Of a stretch of DNA of 64,000 nucleotides, positions 47,232 through 54,838 are shown one piece after another. The translations under genes and the position numbers were made by a program. The notes below the pieces were generated by a model, which worked only from the letters and a program-made list of their open reading frames with translations, was not told where the DNA came from and searched no databases. This stretch comes from a virus (lineage: Duplodnaviria; Caudoviricetes). The stretch covers positions 64,001 through 128,000 of IMG/VR virus record IMGVR_UViG_3300033066_000778; one strand, given 5' to 3'. Every line of letters starts with the position of its first letter. Positions within the stretch are counted from its first letter, which is position 1.

Positions 47232-47440
47232 TAGCCTAATCTCAGTAAAAGAAAATCTCTACAAGCAGTTGAACAACAGTAGGAAACACACTCAATTTGT
47301 ATAGCATTGGGCTTTTCATACGCTACTGAATAACATACTGATCTTGGCTTTATTTCAGCTTCACATACTGTACAAAACAACTTGTAAAAAGCATTATTTG
47401 TATAAGGGACTTTTATCGTACCAGAATATGTAATGCTCAT
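47231..47440 (-). CDS. Zn-finger array member 11
   Basis: CTVC...CCSTACRDFLLLRLG. Confidence 0.8.
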   Translation of the reverse strand: MSITYSGTIKVPYTNNAFYKLFCTVCEAEIKPRSVCYSVAYEKPNAIQIECVSYCCSTACRDFLLLRLG

Positions 47441-47637
47441 TATCCAATCCTCAGTATAAACAAGTCTTTACATTGCGTTGAACAACAAAAGCTTTTAACC
47501 CTGGATGGAACGAAAGCCCAAAGAGTATAAGTAATTTCAAAGTAGTTATAATGTGCTCTGATGTCTTTATCGCAAATGGAGCAAATCAGATCTACTGGAG
47601 TAGATCTCCAATCTACGTCTACAGCCCTTATAGCCAT
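47440..47637 (-). CDS. Zn-finger array member 10
   Basis: CSIC...CCSTQCKDLFILRIG. Confidence 0.8.
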   Translation of the reverse strand: MAIRAVDVDWRSTPVDLICSICDKDIRAHYNYFEITYTLWAFVPSRVKSFCCSTQCKDLFILRIG

Positions 47638-47999
47638 TGGATCACGTCGTCATTTTCGTCGGGAGGCATGTAACACCCCGCATTCAGACAAAACAGAGAA
47701 ACACACTGATCCGAACAAAACAGTAATGCAATCCCCATGATAAATCTGTTAGGAAACGAAGCCGGGTTAATCAAGGCCAAAATGGGTTTAAACCCCTGAC
47801 GAAGCAAGGGGTCATTAAGATTCTTACCAGAAGAGATGTCTGCTGTCAACTCAAAGAAGCACATCAAGAACGAATCGTCTTTACCAAGTTTCTCGTTACA
47901 CATAAAACATTGTTTTTTACCAGAAACCAAAGGGTCATCACGTTTTACGACGAATTTCTTGCTATACAGATCATAGATGTCTTTTATCTTAGTGTCCAT
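47628..47999 (-). CDS. Zn-finger array member 9
   Basis: CFMC...FCSDQCVSLFCL. Confidence 0.8.
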   Translation of the reverse strand: MDTKIKDIYDLYSKKFVVKRDDPLVSGKKQCFMCNEKLGKDDSFLMCFFELTADISSGKNLNDPLLRQGFKPILALINPASFPNRFIMGIALLFCSDQCVSLFCLNAGCYMPPDENDDVIQWL

Positions 48000-48289
48000 T
48001 CTGCCTTCTTTAAACCTCGCCAGTTAATCTTCGAATACGCGTCACTGGAAATATAGAACAAATCGTGGCAAGGTCTAGTACAAAAATACAAAAGCTTATC
48101 AGTAAAAGCGTTAGGATGCCTTAGCATCATATAGTAGTAAGGTTTATTACCAATTTCTTTTTTACAGTAAAAACAATATTTAATTACGTCAGGACCATCT
48201 GCCTTCATTTTATAAAGGGTATTCACGTCATGGCGAACTTTAGGTCTTTTTCGTTTAATACTCATAGTGATTCCAAAGTTATTGCTCAT
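47984..48289 (-). CDS. Zn-finger array member 8
   Basis: CFYC...FCTRPCHDLFYI. Confidence 0.8.
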   Translation of the reverse strand: MSNNFGITMSIKRKRPKVRHDVNTLYKMKADGPDVIKYCFYCKKEIGNKPYYYMMLRHPNAFTDKLLYFCTRPCHDLFYISSDAYSKINWRGLKKAEWTLR

Positions 48290-48522
48290 AAGGATCTAAC
48301 CAGCCATAATTCTAAGCAGGATTTAGAACAAAACCAAACAAACTCTAAGTTAATGCTAACCAAAGAATTATCGTTTAAACTCTCTGAGTAATATGCCCGT
48401 TTTTCTATCGAAAGTAGTTGAGTTACCATAGAATCTGAACAACCATCACACGCATAAGGGTAAGGACTGCTTAGCTTAGTGCTGTTGTACTTTCCATACT
48501 TATACGATAAGTTTTTAGCCAT
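48286..48522 (-). CDS. Zn-finger array member 7
   Basis: CDGC...FCSKSCLELWLVR. Confidence 0.8.
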   Translation of the reverse strand: MAKNLSYKYGKYNSTKLSSPYPYACDGCSDSMVTQLLSIEKRAYYSESLNDNSLVSINLEFVWFCSKSCLELWLVRSL

Positions 48523-48799
48523 TATCCAATACCCAAAGTTCCTTACACATTTTAGAGCAAAAGAACTTTATTTCCTCTGTTTTGCTGGCGGGAAACATAA
48601 TACCGTCACGCTGTACAACATGATATCTGCGTTCTATGTATAACACTCTATAATGGCAGAAACCAGAAAAGTCACATCGTTCACAAGTTCGCCACTTACC
48701 AACTTTAAGTTTTCGTATACCAATATCTACCGCACGACAAATTCTTAACCAGCCGTTTGCACTATTGATATCTTTTAATTTAATGATCTTATTATTCAT
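48515..48799 (-). CDS. Zn-finger array member 6
   Basis: CERC...FCSKMCKELWVL; start refined to ATGA overlap. Confidence 0.8.
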   Translation of the reverse strand: MNNKIIKLKDINSANGWLRICRAVDIGIRKLKVGKWRTCERCDFSGFCHYRVLYIERRYHVVQRDGIMFPASKTEEIKFFCSKMCKELWVLDNG

Positions 48800-49089
48800 A
48801 CGTGACACAAAGCCCACAACTGCTTACATTGCTCAGTACAAAAGTAATAATAAGAATGGTATTTATCCAAAAGAGTTTCTATCTCACTTTCCCCAATCAA
48901 GCTTTTTTCTGTCATCACCTTAATAGTATAAGGACACGGAACCTCTCGTCTGCAATGCGTACATACAAAAGTACCTTTGTACTTACGACGACTTCTCCTG
49001 GTATTGAGAGAAATCTCCCTAGTGTATTTTATCTTTTTTCCACTAGTATACGGAAAAAACACGTCTTTTAGTTTAAGGAATTCAGACAT
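48796..49089 (-). CDS. Zn-finger array member 5
   Basis: CTHC...FCTEQCKQLWAL. Confidence 0.8.
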   Translation of the reverse strand: MSEFLKLKDVFFPYTSGKKIKYTREISLNTRRSRRKYKGTFVCTHCRREVPCPYTIKVMTEKSLIGESEIETLLDKYHSYYYFCTEQCKQLWALCHV

Positions 49090-49315
49090 TACTCAATACC
49101 CATAAATCACAGCATAACTGGGAACAGAAGTTAAGCTGTATATTATAGAAAAACTCCTGATCACCATTAAAGCGTTTCTTATATAACTTAGTCTTTAACG
49201 TAATCAAAGTACCCACTGAATCACATCGATCACAAGTATAAGGCATGTAATCCATTTCATGACAAACGCACTTAAACCTAGCATCGAACCGTTCATCATT
49301 AAGTTTATTTCTCAT
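49082..49315 (-). CDS. Zn-finger array member 4
   Basis: CDRC...FCSQLCCDLWVL; start refined to ATGA overlap. Confidence 0.8.
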   Translation of the reverse strand: MRNKLNDERFDARFKCVCHEMDYMPYTCDRCDSVGTLITLKTKLYKKRFNGDQEFFYNIQLNFCSQLCCDLWVLSNV

Positions 49316-49575
49316 CCGCACTCCCGTAACAACCATAATTCAGTACATTGCTTACTACAAAAAAAGTAAAATAGTTTTTCTTCACAAGTTTGCTTCGTTC
49401 TCTTATACTCTGCTTTAAGTATTACCCGAAGTCTAAATCTACAACTATACTCGCCACAAAACCGACATGAAGCTTCTTCTAATCTGACTTGCTCTTCTGG
49501 TGTACAGCTAATAATTACTACTTGTCGGTAATATTGGGTATTCATAAGCTCTTCAGTAAAAAAGACTTCAGGCAT
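49312..49575 (-). CDS. Zn-finger array member 3
   Basis: CRFC...FCSKQCTELWLLR. Confidence 0.8.
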   Translation of the reverse strand: MPEVFFTEELMNTQYYRQVVIISCTPEEQVRLEEASCRFCGEYSCRFRLRVILKAEYKRTKQTCEEKLFYFFCSKQCTELWLLRECG

Positions 49576-49759
49576 TTGCTAAATACCAAAGTTTAGCACA
49601 GGATAGAGAACAAAAGTAATATCTTCTTTTATACACGAAGCCTAAATACCGAGTTTTTTCTACTATCCAGTACCTGCAACCTTTAGTATCGCAATGATGA
49701 CAGACAAAACCCCGTCGTAAGGCAATTTTACTGATTCTGGAATAAGTGATATCAGGCAT
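49568..49759 (-). CDS. Zn-finger array member 2
   Basis: CHHC...FCSLSCAKLWYL. Confidence 0.8.
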   Translation of the reverse strand: MPDITYSRISKIALRRGFVCHHCDTKGCRYWIVEKTRYLGFVYKRRYYFCSLSCAKLWYLANA

Positions 49760-50024
49760 GACTCAAATAATAGATATTAGCACATTGTTTAGAACAGAAG
49801 TATAGTCTACCCGAAGCATCACGTAAATGTCGTAAAGTATCAGGAATCCAGTAATTCTTAACCAAGGAAGTTTTAACCGTCATCTTAATACTGTAATTAC
49901 AACCGAACTTGGAGCAGGTTAAACAACTATACTCCCTTACCTTCCCTTTTCGGGGAACGCTGTAATGAGTGGTTGTTATCGTTTCGGTTTTATAATCCGT
50001 AATCATGTGAAAAGGTCTAGTCAT
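49752..50024 (-). CDS. Zn-finger array member 1
   Basis: CLTC...FCSKQCANIYYL. Confidence 0.8.
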   Translation of the reverse strand: MTRPFHMITDYKTETITTTHYSVPRKGKVREYSCLTCSKFGCNYSIKMTVKTSLVKNYWIPDTLRHLRDASGRLYFCSKQCANIYYLSHA

Positions 50025-50195
50025 CGCTCATAAATATATACCTGGGATTGTTAGTATTCCAGGTTTTTTTGTTTTTATCCTTTTAGCCCCTTGCTGCCCC
50101 CGAAGACCCCATACGCCCATTAACCCCTTTAATTACTTTTATATATCGCTTTTTAACTTGATTTCTAAAAACGACTCGTTAGGGGAAATGACCCG

Positions 50196-50226
50196 TTGAC
50201 ATCTGGGCATAGGGGGTAGCTAATTC
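50196..50226 (+). promoter_or_regulatory. Candidate rightward (early) promoter
   Basis: Perfect TTGACA at 50196-50201; -10 box poorly resolved within TAGCTAATT. Confidence 0.4.
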
Positions 50227-50230
50227 ATTG

Positions 50231-50787
50231 TCCCGGCGAACCGGGAGAGCAAGGGGCAGGTGTAGGTCACGGGCGGTTGAGAGGCCGTCTAGGGCTGACC
50301 CTGCCCAACACTGGCTCGCGCCACGATGAGGCGACAATCGTAGGCGCAGGATGTGTGTGTAAGTAAACCATCCGCCAGAACCCCCTTCCCAACATTGGAG
50401 GGGACTCTCTCTTCGCGGAGGTTAACAATCCGCGTAGTGACCCTAGCACAGATAGCGCCGGTATGGACTCACCGAACACCGTATGGTGAGGAAGTATCGG
50501 AGGTGACTAAAGGTAGTGTAAAGGTAGCACCTTACACTAGCGGTTCGTGGGGACTCCGAAACCCCAAATAACAAAAGGTTTTCTTTTTCAATGTCCTATC
50601 ACCCGATGGGGCGGTTAAGAACGCAGTGGTTTCAAGACCACAGTGTCATGCGTTCGACCATTGGGTGATAGGCTCACTCCAGGTAGCGTAACACAGCGAC
50701 GCCGTGCGATGGCGGGGGGACATAGACTAGCGACCTATGTCCCCTTTGTTGCGACGGGAGGATGGGACGAAACAGAGTTCGCCTGTA
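50231..50787 (+). ncRNA. Large multi-domain structured RNA of unknown class
   Basis: About 10 consecutive stems and junctions, e.g. tcccgg/ccggga, gggcagg/cctgccc, cctatcacccgatgg/ccattgggtgatagg, ggggacatag/ctatgtcccc; no credible ORF. Confidence 0.65.
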
Positions 50788-50818
50788 TGGCTTTGAAAAG
50801 CCACTGATGAGTCCCGTC
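50761..50818 (+). ncRNA. Hammerhead ribozyme, type II; predicted cleavage after A50787
   Basis: gatgggac-GAAA-cag..ctg-TA/tggctt-tgaa-aagcca-CTGATGA-gtcccgtc; complete core and three stems. Confidence 0.9.
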
Positions 50819-50845
50819 ATCAGACTGAAACGCAAGGAGGTTCCC

Positions 50846-51274
50846 ATGCGGAACCGCGCTTCCCTCATTGACCTGAACATCCTCGTGTCCTCCATCCCCG
50901 TGTCCGCCCCCGAGACCCGGCAGGGCCGGGTCTTCGCCGCCGCCTGGGCGAAGGCGGACGCGGCCTGCGTGGCGAGGCTGAAGGCGCGGCGGGCCGAGAT
51001 CTCCGCCGCGTGGGCGGAGAAGGAGCGGGCTGAGAAGAAGGAGCGGATCGCCGCCATCCAGGCGGCGAAGGACCGCGCTGAGGCGCGGCGGGCCGAGGCC
51101 CGGAAGGTCGGGGCGGCCCGGCTGCTGAAGGCCGAGATGGAGAGGCAGGAGGCACTCGCCCGCATCGAGGCGGGCGGGCTGCTCGATGCCATGAAGGGCA
51201 AGATCTCGGAGCCGGACGGCATCCGGCTCACCAAGGAGTTGGCGGACATGTTCGCCGCCTTCGGGGAGATCTGA
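50846..51274 (+). CDS. Ala/Arg/Glu-rich helical protein, first rightward gene
   Basis: AGGAGG RBS at 50835; very GC-rich codons. Confidence 0.8.
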   Translation: MRNRASLIDLNILVSSIPVSAPETRQGRVFAAAWAKADAACVARLKARRAEISAAWAEKERAEKKERIAAIQAAKDRAEARRAEARKVGAARLLKAEMERQEALARIEAGGLLDAMKGKISEPDGIRLTKELADMFAAFGEI

Positions 51275-51336
51275 TCTCCCCGAACAGCCACCTCACCGTT
51301 CGCAAGACCGGAACGATGTCGGTGGTCGAGAAGTAA

Positions 51337-51441
51337 ATGGAATTCATCGAGAGCAATCTGGTAGAGATTGCTTTCAGTCTGATAACGCTCATCGTGGCCT
51401 GTGCGTGCTATGTGGGCACAAAAGAAAATGAAGGAGAGTAA
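51337..51441 (+). CDS. 34-aa single-TM peptide (not in track)
   Basis: MEFIESNLVEIAFSLITLIVACACYVGTKENEGE*, stop abuts MYG1 start. Confidence 0.5.
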   Translation: MEFIESNLVEIAFSLITLIVACACYVGTKENEGE

Positions 51442-51442
51442 C

Positions 51443-52363
51443 ATGAACAAGATGAATTACGCGTTCGACGTGGACGCCCTGAACAACATGCCAGAGATCA
51501 CGCGGATTGGCACCCACAATGGCGTCTTCCATGCGGATGATGCCTTCGCGTGCGCGGTGCTGACCGCGCTGTGGCCGGATGTGTGGATCATCCGCACCAG
51601 GAACCCGAAGGATCTGGCCTCGTGCCAGCTTCGGGTGGATGTCGGTGCGAAGTACAACCCGGCGACGGGCGACTTCGACCACCATCAGGGGAAGATCCTA
51701 CGGGAGAATGGAATCCCATACTCCTCCTTCGGTCTGATCTGGAAGGAGTACGGGTGGCTCTTCTTCCCTGGCTGCCCTGAAGCCGCGAAGGAAATCGAAG
51801 AAGGGCTCGTCTATCAGGTTGACGCCACGGACTGTGGCTTCAGCCTCTTCACCCCTCTGACTGAGGAGGCGAAGTTCCCATACTCCGTCTCGTCCGTCAT
51901 CTCCTCCCTGAATCCGGGGTGGAATGAGGGAGGAGACTTCGATGCGAGTTTCGAGCAGGCTGTGAAGCTCGCCCGTCAGATCCTCTGGAGGGAGATCTCC
52001 CGCGCGAAGGGGACGCTGGAGGCCGAAGGGATCGTGAAGGATGCCCTTGCCAAGAGGGAGGATAAGCGGGTGTTGATACTCCCGCAGTTCTGCCCCTGGC
52101 AGGAGGTCGTCTCTTCCGACCCGGATGTCCTCTACGTCCTGTTCCCCTCCGAGACGGGGGACTGGCGCATCCAGACGGTGCCTGAAGAACCCGGCTCCTT
52201 CAAGGCACGGAAGAGCCTCCCGGCTGCGTGGGGTGCGAAGAGGGATATGGATCTCTTCTTCGCCACAGGGGTGGAGGACGCAATCTTCTGCCACCCAGGA
52301 TTGTTCATCGCGGGCTGCAAGTCCCGTGAAGGCGTCCTGAAGATGGCCGAGATGGCCCTGTAA
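51443..52363 (+). CDS. MYG1-family (DHH-like) exonuclease/hydrolase
   Basis: GTHNGVFHADD, VDVG..YNP...FDHHQ, SSFGLIW, FCHPGLF. Confidence 0.92.
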   Translation: MNKMNYAFDVDALNNMPEITRIGTHNGVFHADDAFACAVLTALWPDVWIIRTRNPKDLASCQLRVDVGAKYNPATGDFDHHQGKILRENGIPYSSFGLIWKEYGWLFFPGCPEAAKEIEEGLVYQVDATDCGFSLFTPLTEEAKFPYSVSSVISSLNPGWNEGGDFDASFEQAVKLARQILWREISRAKGTLEAEGIVKDALAKREDKRVLILPQFCPWQEVVSSDPDVLYVLFPSETGDWRIQTVPEEPGSFKARKSLPAAWGAKRDMDLFFATGVEDAIFCHPGLFIAGCKSREGVLKMAEMAL

Positions 52364-52446
52364 TCGGAGTGTCTGAGACATTCCACGAATTCAACCGCTG
52401 GTTTGACGAACTAGTCAACCAGATCAACAGAAAGAAGGAGTCTAAC

Positions 52447-52887
52447 ATGACGAAGATCAACACCCCCGCGATCGGCCACGGACCCGTCAGCCGCATCCCG
52501 CTCCCGGTCAAGGCCGGTGAGCACGTCGATCTCGATTTCTGGAGGATGCTGGGTGACCCGGCATTCGAGGGGGTGACCTTCCGGGTCCAGCGTGGGCTTC
52601 CGAGCGGATTCGAGGGGCCTGTGGCCGAGGCCCTGAAGGTGATCTACGGGAAGAAGATTGACGACACCTTCTTCCTGTCGATCTGGGCGGGTGAGGTGAA
52701 GCGGGAAGGAAAGACCCGCAAGAACGTCAACCTGAAGAAGGCTTCGACGGGAACTCCGACTGACCTTCCGGGTGTTGGGGCCATCCCTGTTGGGTACGGG
52801 GAGCACGACATCAGAATCCTCCTTCGCTGCATGTTGAGCGCGAAGGTTACGAACGACGATAAGAAGAACGATCAAGTCAACTTCTAA
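52447..52887 (+). CDS. Hypothetical protein, paralog of 53230
   Basis: AGGAG RBS; VQRGLP...FFLSIW. Confidence 0.8.
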   Translation: MTKINTPAIGHGPVSRIPLPVKAGEHVDLDFWRMLGDPAFEGVTFRVQRGLPSGFEGPVAEALKVIYGKKIDDTFFLSIWAGEVKREGKTRKNVNLKKASTGTPTDLPGVGAIPVGYGEHDIRILLRCMLSAKVTNDDKKNDQVNF

Positions 52888-52916
52888 CAAACCTTACAAA
52901 GAAAAGGAGTATAGAC

Positions 52917-53147
52917 ATGGCCCGTAAGACTGAACAGGAAAAGCGCAATGAAAGGCGGATTGCCAAGGTCCAAGAGCGGGTCATCGCGGCCCGTCGTCTC
53001 TGGTGGAACAAGGATGAAGAGGCAGGAATCTACAGGGAGAAGGGCTTCGTCGCCTACTCCCAACAGTTGAAAAGTGAAGCTGAAAAGCTTTACGAGGCTT
53101 ACCTCGATGAAGAGTCTCGCCTCTATGCCCTGAAGGGGAACAAGTAA
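52917..53147 (+). CDS. Hypothetical protein
   Basis: AGGAG RBS. Confidence 0.8.
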   Translation: MARKTEQEKRNERRIAKVQERVIAARRLWWNKDEEAGIYREKGFVAYSQQLKSEAEKLYEAYLDEESRLYALKGNK

Positions 53148-53218
53148 GGGCATAGGAATCGAACCCGTATCGTCGTCAGTAACAGCATCAAATAACAAAG
53201 TACAAAAAGCAGTCCTTA
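53145..53218 (+). repeat. Stem-enclosed GGAATCGAACC element, copy 1
   Basis: taagggc/gtcctta stem; core 53155-53165. Confidence 0.7.
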
Positions 53219-53229
53219 AGGAGGACAAA

Positions 53230-53613
53230 ATGAACCAGACCAACATCGACACCAACACCGCCGAGGGCTTCATCAACAAGCTGACCGCTCAGGGTCAGTA
53301 CGATTACTTCCGCCTTCACCGCTTCGCCGGTCACAACACCTTCGGGGGAACGCTGATCAAGGTTCAGCGGGGTGTCCCCGAACAGTACAAGGCCAACTTC
53401 CCCGATTGTCAGGACAGGTACTTCCTGTCGATCTGGAAGTACACCGAAGTGGCAGGGAACGTCACCCTCACCACGAGACTGTCGAAGGAGACGATGCACT
53501 TCGACAAGGACACGGCTGTCCTCATGCTCAAGCTGATGGGCCTGAAGTGGGGAGGCATCGTGGCATCGAAGCACAACCCCGTCAACACCCCGAAGGCCAA
53601 CAACAACTTCTAA
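53230..53613 (+). CDS. Hypothetical protein, paralog of 52447
   Basis: AGGAGG RBS; VQRGVP...YFLSIW. Confidence 0.8.
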   Translation: MNQTNIDTNTAEGFINKLTAQGQYDYFRLHRFAGHNTFGGTLIKVQRGVPEQYKANFPDCQDRYFLSIWKYTEVAGNVTLTTRLSKETMHFDKDTAVLMLKLMGLKWGGIVASKHNPVNTPKANNNF

Positions 53614-53626
53614 GTAAGTAGTTTAA

Positions 53627-53657
53627 CGGGGCTTAAGGCTGAAAGGTCTTAGGCCCC
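53627..53657 (+). terminator. Strong GAAA-tetraloop hairpin (terminator or processing site)
   Basis: ggggcttaaggct-gaaa-ggtcttaggcccc. Confidence 0.6.
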
Positions 53658-53689
53658 ATTATTCCTAACAAAAACTAAAGGAGAATAAA

Positions 53690-54331
53690 ATGAGCCGTTC
53701 TTACTCCACCTACAAACGGGATTACGCTTACAAGGTTTCGGACCCTTCGACTCCCGATGTGAAGGTTCGGGAATACTTCATCAAGGACAACGAAGAGAAA
53801 CTGGAACTGTTGGCAAGGAACGAACGGTCTCAGAAGTACAACTACGGGAAACGGGGATCGGCAATCATCAAAAGACAGATTGTCGAAGGTGTCTTGAGGA
53901 AGACAAAGAACGTTCGGGCTGCTTACCGGGCGTTGATCAAGAAGTCTCCGAAACGTATGTGTGCTGAAACAGCATTCGACTGGTTCGGTGTATTGGATAT
54001 GACCCATTGCACGGAACGAATCGAATGGAGACCGAAGTTCTTTGTGGATGGAGAGAACGTTCGTCCTGGTACTGAACTGATCGAGACAGAAGCCCGGAAC
54101 CCCAAGTGGAAGAGCCTGTGGAATTCCAAACCACCAACACCTGAAGAGGAACTCAAGAGAAAGAAAAACGATCTCCTCTTGAGTATCAGGGATAACAAGG
54201 ATTACCTCAGACGGCTCGAATGGAGAAAGGAAACCATCGAGAGGTTCGCCAAGGCAACTGTACAGGAAGCAATCGAAAGGACCAACGAAAAGATTGCTGA
54301 CCTTTACAAGCAACTGAGCAACCTGAAGTAA
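53690..54331 (+). CDS. Hypothetical protein
   Basis: AGGAG RBS; coiled-coil tail. Confidence 0.8.
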   Translation: MSRSYSTYKRDYAYKVSDPSTPDVKVREYFIKDNEEKLELLARNERSQKYNYGKRGSAIIKRQIVEGVLRKTKNVRAAYRALIKKSPKRMCAETAFDWFGVLDMTHCTERIEWRPKFFVDGENVRPGTELIETEARNPKWKSLWNSKPPTPEEELKRKKNDLLLSIRDNKDYLRRLEWRKETIERFAKATVQEAIERTNEKIADLYKQLSNLK

Positions 54332-54377
54332 TGGAAATCCAGCACGGTCAGTGCCGATGCTGGGATGAGGAATAAAG

Positions 54378-54470
54378 ATGATTGAAAAGTCAATCCTCTG
54401 CTTCCTGTGCGTCACAGTATGGATTCTCTTCGTCCGTGACGTCATCAACTTCTACAAGGAGTACAGGTAA
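54378..54470 (+). CDS. 30-aa single-TM peptide (not in track)
   Basis: GAGGA RBS; MIEKSILCFLCVTVWILFVRDVINFYKEYR*; TAATG coupling. Confidence 0.6.
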   Translation: MIEKSILCFLCVTVWILFVRDVINFYKEYR

Positions 54471-54826
54471 TGTTCTTTGATGTCGTTCCCCTCGATGTCA
54501 TGTATCGCCTTGAAGGGCTCTTTGCCCTTGATGAATACAAGTACGAACTAGATCCAGATGAGAAGTATGTTCAACTTGTATGCGATGATGACGTTGCATG
54601 GGAGCCCATTGAGTTTCAATACGTAACCCCAAAAGATCAATGGGATATCATGGGGTTAAGAGAAGCTCAACGGCTCTTTAATGAGCGTGAATACATGAAA
54701 GGATTAAGGATAACACAAGACTATGAGGATTACGGGACTGATGGAAACAGATGGTACTGGCCTGATGATCCACAATTCGATCTTGTAAAGCCAGGTAAGG
54801 AAAGAAGGATGCGTAGGTTTAAGTAA
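54470..54826 (+). CDS. Acidic hypothetical protein
   Basis: AGGAG RBS. Confidence 0.75.
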   Translation: MFFDVVPLDVMYRLEGLFALDEYKYELDPDEKYVQLVCDDDVAWEPIEFQYVTPKDQWDIMGLREAQRLFNEREYMKGLRITQDYEDYGTDGNRWYWPDDPQFDLVKPGKERRMRRFK

Positions 54827-54838
54827 AGTACGACTAAT

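Noticed and set aside
43722-50024. Integron cassette array or DGR producing the finger genes
   Set aside because: Genes overlap with no attC-sized spacers; no near-identical DNA repeats, integrase or RT in the window.
50500-50570. Group II intron domain V (cggttcgtgggg)
   Set aside because: No matching AGC/CGC triad strand and no maturase.
50595-50672. Twister ribozyme (UAA-stem-GC-stem with AAG loop)
   Set aside because: The loop lacks AAGC, the GC is consumed in gaacgca/tgcgttc, and the GAG/pseudoknot partner is missing.
50762-50845. Upstream start of the 170-aa track ORF
   Set aside because: It overlaps the hammerhead; ATG 50846 has a perfect AGGAGG.
50674-54448. Long - strand ORFs in the GC-rich region (also 61769-62851)
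   Set aside because: Shadows of + strand genes that have RBSs and recognisable motifs.
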